Below are positions 26,084-37,856 of a stretch of 64,000 nucleotides of DNA, one piece after another. Under the pieces are notes generated by a model that made no database searches, was not told the DNA's origin, and saw nothing but the letters and a program-made list of their open reading frames with translations. How positions within the stretch are numbered: the first letter of the stretch is position 1; the number at the start of each line of letters is the position of its first letter. The DNA is taken from the NCBI RefSeq assembly GCF_001194135.2, contig NC_069000.1, forward strand, positions 21,995,742 to 22,059,741. The letters are read 5' to 3'. A program made the translations under genes and the position numbers. This DNA comes from Octopus bimaculoides. Lineage: Eukaryota.

Positions 26084-29000
26084 TGATAATAATTCTTTCT
26101 ATTAAAGGCATAAGGCCTGAAATTTTGGAGGAGGGGGATAGTCGATTACATCAACCCCAGTGTTTCACTGGTGCTTATTTCCTCGACCTCGAAAGGATGA
26201 AAGGCAAAGTTGATGTTGACAGAATTTGAACTCAGAATGTAAGGATAGATGTAGGGGAGCAGTGTATTTGATTAAACTATTACCAGATAAGAGATATTCA
26301 TGTTACTGACTTCCACCCATCCAACAGAGATGGAAAGCAAAGTCAACATCTCTCTGAACAAACTCTGAAAACAGGTGGATACAGCAAAATTAAATACTGT
26401 TAGACAAAAGGTGGAGAAGCTTTTTATGCAGGAAGGCCTCACTGAAGTTATCAGCCATCTGACAAGGCCATATCTCAAAAAACTTTTCACTCTGCTAAAC
26501 CTGTTATTTTATAAAATATAATTATTCATAAAATTATCTAACAAAATGTTAAAAAAAATAAAGGCAGTGTTTTGAAGTAAATACATCCACTATAACTTAT
26601 TGTATTTTTTTTCATTCCTTTGTTTTTTTAAAAACAATTGCATTGGATTTCTATGTTTTAACCCTTTAACATTGAGATTACTCCATCAAGTGTAATGCTT
26701 ATTTACTCACATTCCTTTGAATTAACCATGAATTATCTTTAGCTTCAAGAATTCAATGATATCTTTAGAATGACATTGCTGAATAACAATTGTGAAGGTG
26801 CATGGCTAAGTGGTTAGGGTATTCAACTCATGATTGTAAGGTCATGAGTTCAATTCCTGGTGGTGCATTGTGTCCTTGAGCAAGACGCTTTATTTCATGT
26901 TGCTCCAGTCCACTCAGCTGACAAAAATGAGCTGTACCTGAAATTCAAAGGGCCAGCCTGGTCACATTCTGTGTCCTGCTGAATCTCCTCGAGAACTACT
27001 TTAAGGGTACACATGTCTGTGGAGTGCTCAGCCACTTGCATGTTTATTTCACGAGTAGGCTGTTCCATTGAACAAATCAATTGGAGCGCTTGTTATTGTA
27101 ACTAATGGAATGCCAGTTAGAATGACATTATACAGGGTGTCCACAAGGTCTGGGTACACAGAGAAAATAAAATCATAACATAAACAATCAAATATAAGAA
27201 ATAATAATTTCTTAAAGTATGTCTTAATCCCCATGTGGGTACATGGAGTAAATAAAATCATAACATAAACAATCAAATATAAGAAATAATAATTTCTTAA
27301 AGTATGTCTTAATNNNNNNNNNNGTACATGGAGTAAATAAAATCATAACATAAACAATCAAATATAAGAAATAATAATTTCTTAAAGTATGTCTTAATCC
27401 CCATGTGGGTACATGGAGTAAATAAAATCATGACATAAACAATTAAATATAAGAAATAATAATTTCTTAAAAGTATGTCTTAATCCCCATGTACCTAGAC
27501 TTTGTGGACACTCTGTAGAGTAAATGTGAGAGGTTGGATCTGGGCAATTTGAATGTAAAATAGGGACAATAACTGAGCCAGATATGGTCGGTTTAAATGC
27601 TAAAAGGGTTAGATATAATTGTAATTACATTAAATAGGTAATTACAGCTGTAGGTAAAGAAACTTAATAGGTATTTATAAATCACATTTAGTTGAAACGT
27701 GATAGGCTTGAAATAAAATAAAATCAACAAGACTATTCTAGTATAATAATTTTTCCAGAAATATCCTACTTCTTCCAGAGGGCTTCAGTTAACCTTAAAG
27801 CATCAGCCTTGCCACCACCACCCCGCCAACACTCACACACCTGTATGTTAGGCATTCCCATGCTAATATTTCTTATTTCTGTCACTTCACTGCTAAACAT
27901 AGGCATATCATCATCATCGTTTAACATCCATTTTCCATGCTGGCATGGGTTGGATGGTTTGACAGGAGCTGTCCAGGCTACAATTATCTGTTTTGGAATG
28001 GTTTCTATGGCTGGATGCCCTTCCTAATGCCAATCACTTTACTGAGTGTGCTGAGTGCCTTCTATGTGCCACCAGCACTGGTGCAACTACACGGCGCTGG
28101 CATGACTGCATCTTATGTTGCACTGGTGTTAGTGCATTTTACAGTGTTAAATAAAAGGTTGTGATATTGTCGTGTGTAACAGAGAACTAACAGAAAGTGT
28201 ATTGAAGACAAATTGTTGGTCAAAATTTACCTTATCTCAAGACATCTTTTCACGTGGTGAAAACTGGTTGATTTTTCTTTGAGATGACATTAGTAACAAA
28301 ATGTAACAACAATAACAATAACAAACCAATACATACAAAATAGACCTAGAAGCAATTTTCTAAAATTTAAAAGACATTTTATTAAGCTATTTTAGAATCA
28401 CTAGTTTTTCTGTTTTTCCACCCTTTACATCTAGTTTCCTGCTCTGGCTATTTCTTCTTTCTGCTGTACTTTCTTACTTTGTGTCTGACAAGTAAGAACC
28501 ATTGCTCATATTCTGTGAAGTTTGGATGCCTAATGTATTAGAAAAGAAGTCAGAGAGAGTGGAATTAAGGTAGCCAGTGTGAAACTTGAGTGTGTGTGTG
28601 TGTGTGCTGGCTCTTAGAATATGCATGCCATATCACTGTGTGTCATGAGAGGCAATCATCAGAGTTTAGTGTCTGGAAGAGTATGTAACAGGAAAATATT
28701 GTCTTAAAAGCCTTGGAAAGCAGATATAAAAGTATGATAATACTGATGATGATGTTTGCATGTGACTGTGTGTGTGTGTGTATATAAGTTACAAATGTAT
28801 AAGTATATATGCACTAAGTTACAAATGTATAAGTATATATGCACTAAGTTACAAATGTATCAGTATATATGCACTTCTAGATAGATGTGTGTGTGTGTGT
28901 ATGCACACACATACTCATACTTACACAGAAACACACATCTATCTAGAAGTGCATATATACTTATACATTTGTAACTTAGTTTTGTTAACAATCATCTACT

Positions 29001-29372
29001 CATAACAAGCTATACAGTATTACATATATTGTTTTATTAATGGTGAATGCTAATGTTTAATTATGACCTTTTCTCTGTGTCTTACATGAGATATCACAAA
29101 AAAAAACCCAACACGCCCCACCCACAACCAAACAACTAAATAATAACCATGATAAAACAATACTCAATCTAAATAAAACACACACACACACACACAATAT
29201 GTGTGTGTGTGTGGGGGGGGGGGAAGCATGTTGAAAGAAGAGAGAAAAAGGTGCATAAAGTGAGTATTTACGTATGTTCATAATAGGAACAGTAATAAAA
29301 TAATAAAGTTAGAGAATGAATGAATGAATGAATGAATGGAGGTTATCTATCTATCTATCTAAACACACAAAC

Positions 29373-29415
<43 letters not shown>

Positions 29416-29518
29416 TGGTTTAGTACATGTTACAAGCTATTACGCTATACTTCACAACCATAATGTGGATCATTGCAAACTAGATACACTCCTATTGTAT
29501 TAAGGATTATTGCATGTA

Positions 29519-29551
<33 letters not shown>

Positions 29552-31000
29552 CATAAATATATAGGGATTGACAGTAACCTGCTTCTCCAACATACTGAGA
29601 ATTCAGAAATAGCAGTCAAAGAACTACTGATTTCAAAACTACAAATTATTACTCCAGATTGATAGCGATATTTTTGATACACACAGAACAAAAAACAATA
29701 GAGAAGAGTAAAAACACTTGCCTTTAGTTAATTTAGTACAATTGTTTCACAGTTAAGAGTACATAATACTCTATTCTGATCTTCAGCTAAATATTCTAAT
29801 AAATTTGTTAATNNNNNNNNNNNNNNNNNNNNNNNNNNNNNNNNNNNNNNNNNNNNNNNNNNNNNNNNNNNNNNNNNNNNNNNNNNNNNNNNNNNNNNNN
29901 NNNNNNNNNNNNNNNNNNNNNNNNNNNNNNNNNNNNNNNNNNNNNNNNNNNNNNNNNNNNNNNNNNNNNNNNNNNNNNNNNNNNNNNNNNNNNNNNNNNN
30001 NNNNNNNNNNNNNNNNNNNNNNNNNNNNNNNNNNNNNNNNNNNNNNNNNNNNNNNNNNNNNNNNNNNNNNNNNNNNNNNNNNNNNNNNNNNNNNNNNNNN
30101 NNNNNNNNNNNNNNNNNNNNNNNNNNNNNNNNNNNNNNNNNNNNNNNNNNNNNNNNNNNNNNNNNNNNNNNNNNNNNNNNNNNNNNNNNNNNNNNNNNNN
30201 NNNNNNNNNNNNNNNNNNNNNNNNNNNNNNNNNNNNNNNNNNNNNNNNNNNNNNNNNNNNNNNNNNNNNNNNNNNNNNNNNNNNNNNNNNNNNNNNNNNN
30301 NNNNNNNNNNNNNNNNNNNNNNNNNNNNNNNNNNNNNNNNNNNNNNNNNNNNNNNNNNNNNNNNNNNNNNNNNNNNNNNNNNNNNNNNNNNNNNNNNNNN
30401 NNNNNNNNNNNNNNNNNNNNNNNNNNNNNNNNNNNNNNNNNNNNNNNNNNNNNNNNNNNNNNNNNNNNNNNNNNNNNNNNNNNNNNNNNNNNNNNNNNNN
30501 NNNNNNNNNNNNNNNNNNNNNNNNNNNNNNNNNNNNNNNNNNNNNNNNNNNNNNNNNNNNNNNNNNNNNNNNNNNNNNNNNNNTCACTTCAACATTTAAA
30601 TTTAATTTGTCAAATAATTTCGTCGCTTTGAGACCGCGACCTGTTCACTGACAAAATTCTGTGCTGCATCTGAGAAAGTAATAGTTAGTTCATGATATAT
30701 ATGTACATGTGTATGTATGTACGTATGTATGTATGTATGTATGTATGTATGCATGTGCATGTACATGTGTGCGCGTATGCATCTGTGTACATGCGTATGC
30801 ATGTGTGCATGCCTATACACATGTATGTATATATGTATATATGTATGTATGTGAGTATGCACGTATGTACTTATGGATGTACGTGAGTAATAGGGTAAGT
30901 GTGTAGACGTGTTTGTGTGTGTGTGTGTGTGTGCATATGTATGTACATGTGTGTGTGCATATGTATGTACATAAACATACATTCACATGTACATACATAT

Positions 31001-31033
<33 letters not shown>

Positions 31034-32732
31034 CGTCTACACACTTACCTATTACTCACGTACATCCATAAGTTCATACATGCATACTCACATACATACA
31101 TATATACATATATACATACATGTGTATAGGCATGCACACATGCATACGCATGTACACATGTACACGCACATACATACATACATACATACATACATACATA
31201 CATACGTACATACATACACATGTACATATATATCATGAACTAACTATTACTTTCTCAGATGCAGNNNNNNNNNNATATATATATATATAATATAATAATA
31301 TATATACATATATATGTACTTTTTACTCTCTTTTACTCTTTTACTTGTTTCAGTCATTTGACTGTGGCCATGCTGGAGCACCGCCTTTAGTCGAGTAAAT
31401 CGACCCCAGGACTTATTCTTTGGATGCCTAGTACTTATTCTATTGGTCTCTTTTGCCGAACCGCTAAGTGACGGGGACATAAACACACCACCATCGGTTG
31501 TCAGGCGATGCTGTGGGGACAAACACAGACACATAAAATATGTACCAGTTGAACACTGGGATTAATGTAATCAACATATCCCCTCCCTTGAAATGACTGG
31601 CCTTGTGCCAAAATTTTAAACTTAATATATCAGACTTCTTTTAATTGATTATAATCGATTACTGAAGTAACAATTAGGTTTTAGTTAATCAACTATATTT
31701 CTTCCTTAATAAACTATATTCCATTTTTAACCAACTACACATCTTCTTTAGTAGTGGCTTAGTGGTTAGGGTGTTGGATTCATGATTGTAAGATTGAAGA
31801 TTGTGGTTTCAATTCCTGGACCCGGCAATATGTGTTCTTGAGCCACACACTTCATTTCACATTGCTCCAGGTTACTCAGCTGGCAGAAATGAGTAATCCT
31901 GTGACAGACCAGTGTCCTGTCCAGGTGGGGAATATATGCACCATGGAAACCAGGAAACCGGTGCTTATGAGTCAGTATGACTTGGGAAGGACCCCTGATC
32001 CCCACTTTTTTTTTATACACCATCTTTATACAAACAATAAAGAAAAAGAAAAACAAAGCAATTTTAGCAAAAGATATTAATCAAATTAAAAAGAGAATGC
32101 AAAACAGAACAGAACTAACCTTGTTAAATGGCTGAGTACATATTATCTTTACTCGGTCCCACTTCTCTTCAGTTGCAGGCTTGCTTAACTTATCTGAACC
32201 AAACATGCGTACACTGTATCGATTTTTATTATTCCGGCTTTCCATTGGAGACATAAACGATGATGTGACAAGAATAACCTGATAAACAGGAAAAAATACA
32301 TACATATAATAGTCATTTTTGCTATAGGCAGAAGGTCTGAGATTATAGGGGAGGGGGGGGGCTAGTCAATCTCATTAATCCCTGTACTTGACTGGTACTT
32401 ATTTTAATGATCTCGAATGGATGTAAGGCAAAGTCAGCCTCAGCAGAATTTGAACTAAAGCCAGAAGAAATGTCACAAAGCAATTTCTCTGACATGTTAA
32501 CAATTCTGCCATGACACCACTTTTAATAGTGGCACAAGGCCAGTAGGTTTGCGGGAGGAGCTAGGTTGATTAAATCAACTCCTGTGCTCAACTGGTACTT
32601 ATTTTACTGACTCCAAAAAAACAAAAAAAACAAAAGCCAAAGCCAACCTTGGCAGAATTTGAATTCAGAATGTAAAAATGGACAAAATGCCATTCTGTCA
32701 GGTCTACTAATGATTCTGCCAGCTTGCCACCA

Positions 32733-32774
<42 letters not shown>

Positions 32775-35700
32775 ATAACAGTTGCATTAAGACAAACCTT
32801 GAAATCGTCATTGTGAGATGAGGATCGTCCCACCAAAACCTCAACAAAAGCAGAGCCATCATTTCCGATATCAATTGAGTGGATTTTTGAGGCTTTTTCA
32901 AACTGAAGAGAGACAAAATATAAGAAGTGAATTTTAAAAAATAATCAAGTTAATATTCCAGTTTTTCCAACTACACAACAAAATAATCAGCAGGGAATTT
33001 GAGCAAATAGTCTAACACCAAATATTTATTACTTATTCAAAAATTTATTCAATTCTACAATTGGCTAATAGGCTCAAGAGATAAAAAGGTAAATGTGCTG
33101 AATAGGAATGTTTTCATGTAACACATTAACTTCTGTGAACAAACTGTTGCTTATATCTACAGAATTGATAAAGCAGAACAAGTTTCATGCCTTTCAATAG
33201 AAGATGACAAAGTTCAATTTTTGCAGTCAGAATAAATAGATGCTCAGGACACTCCTGGTGGCAAAGGTTTGATATATGGACCACATCTACTGGTATTGTG
33301 TTACCATGAATATCTAAACTAAGGAAGAAATCTTTTGTATTTTACTATCATCTCTATCACATCTCCATCGCCTCTACCACCATAAACAACAACACAACGA
33401 ACTGTGAAGCAGATAAAGAGCATCTATATGGTCTCTTGACCTGCTAGAAATAGTAGCCACATTTCCAACTAATACATTTCTGTTTTGAAAAAGGAAGGAT
33501 ACATTGGATAATGTAATCCCAGGTACACTAAGTCTGAATGAAAAAAAAAAAAAAAAGACGGAATGATTTCAGCAGGAAACTTGTGGGTTAAACAACAACA
33601 AAATACATCAACCCCCAGTTCTCAACTGGTACTTATTTTATCGACCGCCCCAAAAGGATGGAAGGTAATGTCAACCCCAGTGGAATCTGAACTCAGAATG
33701 TAAGGACAGATTAAATGCTGCTAAGTATTTTGTCCAGTGTGGTAACAATTCTGCCATCACATCGCCTTAATCAACAACAAAATATTACAAGAACTGTCAT
33801 TCCAAGTTTTAGAAGCACCATTAAAAGAGACTGTGACAGCACCAACATCACTGCACAACTACCTCACTATCCTACAAGAACAGATTGTTGCAGAAAATAT
33901 TTTCAGGTGATAGGATAAAGACAAATTACCTGTAATATGGCTGATAATGATTTTTCCCCAGCACTTGCTGATTTCCATTTGTGGAAACCATCAGGTTTGA
34001 GGAGATTCTCTGCCGGATGATTCTGGAAAATAACAACAAAAAGGATTGGCTATTAAGTATTGATCATGGGTCCTCAATCAAGGCCAACTTGTGGGTTAAA
34101 CAACAAAATATTAGTTTCAAATTTTGGCACAAGGCCTGCAATTTTGGGGTAGCCGCTGAGTCGATTACATCAACCTCCAGGGGGTCAACTGGTACTTATT
34201 TTATCTACCCCGAAAAGGATTAAAGGCAATGTTGATCCTGGTGGAATTTGAACTCAGAATGTAAGGACAGATGAAATGCTGCTAAGAATTTTGCTCGGCA
34301 TGCTAACAATTCTTTTCTACTCTAGGCAGAAGGCCTGAAATTTTGGGGGAGGGGGCCAGTCGAATGGATCGACCCCAGCACACAACTGGTACTTAATTTA
34401 TCGACCCTGAAAGGATGAAAGGCAAAGTTGACCATGGCGGAATTTGAACACAGAATGTAAAGACAGGCGAAATACCGCTAAGCATTACATTCAGCGTGCT
34501 AACGATTCTGCCAACTGACCACCTTAAGCAACAGCAAAATATTACAAGGACTGTCATTCCAAGTTTTACAAGCACCATTAAAAGAGACTGTGACAGTATG
34601 TGCATGTTTGAATTTTCAAAGAGAGAAAAGTACACAATACATGTTCACTTATTCAAAGCCTCTTCTCATGTTTTCTCTCTTCTTCTTTTGCATGATCCTC
34701 CCACTTGAATTGCTTGCTACTTTTGCACCCAACTGGCGTCCTCCACATGCATCACGTGTCATATCAGGACAGTTTTCTCTCTTGCATACTACATCAAATT
34801 TCTCTGACTCCAATCTTTCTCAACTCATTTGCACTGTCATTCATGCACTCAACATTACACCTTCATTGAAGTATGCTTGTTTATTTGTTTCCAGTGTAAC
34901 ATGTCCTTCACAATAACTACCCTTTGGATTAAGGATTTTTAGTACGCTTATAGGTGCAGGCGTAGTTGTGTGGTAAAAGTCAATAATACAGACACTAATG
35001 AGCAAGCAAATGCAAAGGAAGGAATGCGGAAATGCACTGAACTAGTAAATAAAGCTGTGTTGTCCAAGAACACACAATGAAAACCTTGTAACAGTATGAT
35101 GTAGTAATAGAAAGTTGTTTGATTCTATTCACCATCCATGGCTACTTAGGTCAAAATAGTTTGGCAAAAGTACCTGCTGTCATTGACAGGCCCATGAAAA
35201 CCTGTTCTAAGTATCCTCACACTTGTAAATGAAACTGGAAAGATTGTCTCTGCTGCTATAAATATTTCAAAAGGAATATTTGAAGGGGACACTCTCTTCA
35301 TGCTTCTATTTATTTTGGCTCTAAATCCACCATCACTTAATGAAAATCCACTGGCTATGTCAGCAGCAAGAGACACTAATATAACCCATAATTTCTTTGT
35401 GGATAATATATACTCAAAATTTTACAATGCTGACAAACAATCAGGGGCGTATATTTTGGGTGTGCTAGGTATGCACTGCATATCCATCGAAAATGGCAAG
35501 TTCATTATAACCCTTATTCATTAATTTAATTACAAATCTTAATGGAAAATTTTGTTACACCCCTGCTTGAAATTTGGTGGCATTGAGTGTGACAGCACAC
35601 TCAATACAACACCACCATAAGCCACTGCAAACAACTAGATTTGTCATATTTCTGTTGATATAAGGATGAAATTTAGTCAAAAGAAATGTTTATATTTAAC

Positions 35701-37813
35701 AAACCACGGTGGTGCATCAGCATGGCCGCAGCTCTGAGCTGAAACTTTGAAATGAAATGAAATGAAAAACCGAATGCAGAAATACTGTTCCCTCAAATTC
35801 CAAACCTATACATCAATGGTCTCTCTACTTCCCCTGAGTGTTACAAATACCTAGGTATTTTGAAAATATATGATACAAACATACTGTAAACAACGATCGA
35901 GTACCTAAAGGATATTACAGCAGACTTAAAAAGATACAGAAGTCAGAACATTCCACTTACATCGAGACAATATCTCACAATGCATTTGCAGAACTAGTAC
36001 TGATATTAACGTTTCGGAAACTAGTCTGGTCAGTAGAGAAAATCCACTCCACAGACATTAAAGCCTGCATGATCCTCACATCCACTGCAAACTTCCACAG
36101 TTAGTGACATAGACAAATTCTACCACAGAAGAAAAGTAGGAGGAAGAGTTAAGATCAGTGCAGGCAGTTGTCTTTGAGTGATGTATATCACTTAGACAGC
36201 ACTTGCCAAACAACAGCAGCAAAAATAAGCACACCAATCAACTGTTCAAAATTGAAGTAAATAACATTCTGCAGGCTGGTTGTGAACAACTCAATAAACA
36301 CTCACTTCCTGATGACACCCTCCACCCACATACACATGAATCTAGAAGTGTAGGTCGAGTATACTTCAGCAAAAACTTGGAGGAGAAACATTCCGAATAT
36401 CACAAAAAAGTTATGCATGATTATGTTTCCTATAAACTTGAGGGAGAACATGGAATGTAGTCTCTCTTAGGTTCGTGACTGTTACATCATGTCACACCTC
36501 AAAGGTTACGATTTTGCAATACAAGAGCAGAAGACAGCTACGAAATATCTAATGAACAAATGAAGGATCTTTGATTTGACGGGCAACACTTTTCATTTAT
36601 GTTTCATGTAGTGTTTTTGGTACCGAAACATCCCGAATGAAACCATGAAGTTCTTAAGCGATCATAATGCAACTCCAAGTATCGATTATGTCATTCTTTT
36701 GCGGAGTACATAATGCAGGTCATCAGCAGATACCTGAAAATGTCATCAAGGTACAACTCTCAGTGCGACATAATATTGTTGCTAAAATATATACAATGCC
36801 ATTCGCAGAAAGGGCTGCACTGGAAAAATCTAAACATCCTTCAAAACTTCCTTGCACACAGAAATTTACCAACAGTACACCTGATGTACCCACCCACCAT
36901 TTTTTTAACGACTGTTCACTTCCTGTGTATTACTCTATGTACATTTCATGCACTTCTGGTTACTTTTTCTGATGAGTTGTAGTGCACAGGAGCACCGAAT
37001 ACAATAAGTTCATTATCTTTGCTATTGAATACATACATATCAACACGAGGAGTACTGCTGGAGCATTCCATTCAAAACTTTTACCAGGGGCAAACTTAAT
37101 GTATCTAATATTAATATAATTATTTAAGACAAAAAGAAAAACCCGTGTACTGTTACGGAGGGTAGCTATGCTGCAGATGTACACAACTCTTCCAAAATCG
37201 GCGAAAAGGAGAATATTTATGGACAACTTCTTTCAAACCTGCAATTCCTATACTCTGATTATAAATTCACATTTATACAAATAATTACTAGTGAACATGG
37301 TTATGTTAGTATAAGTTTTAAGTGATAACGTGAAAAGGCTAGAATTTTGAGGTAAGGAAAGAGATCCACTAAACACGCACTTTACAAGAAAATCTGAAAG
37401 TGCAACAGTAAAAACACCCAAGACTTTTAAAATTCAACTTGTAGCAGTTATTATTGTTGTTACCTTAACTCTAGATCCTTTCTTCTTCGACGGATTCTAA
37501 TTAATAAGAAAATTACATACATATATATATATACATATATGTATACGTAACGGAGTGATTCATCAGCCCGAAGCTGCTACCTGACAATTTCTTCTAGTAT
37601 TTAAGGTATATCGCCAGAACTTATTAATAGGAACACGGGAAGGATAACAAATACACGCACTACATACATAATAAATTGATATATTAATTGGTAGAGAACA
37701 TGTACGTGCATGTCTATAAATCTGCAGTATCAGAGTGTATATGGTCAGCTAGATTGCTAAACACTGTCAAAAGGTCCTTAACGAATTACCATTAAACAAC
37801 ATAGAAATACCTA

Positions 37814-37856
<43 letters not shown>

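Noticed and set aside
27154-27494. CRISPR-like reading of the regular tandem arrays
   Set aside because: Units are contiguous with no unique spacers, the DNA is eukaryotic, and there are no cas genes
22648-30599. Long ORFs in the supplied track spanning N runs (also 638-970, 54374-55402, 58192-58671)
   Set aside because: They are open only because gaps translate as X
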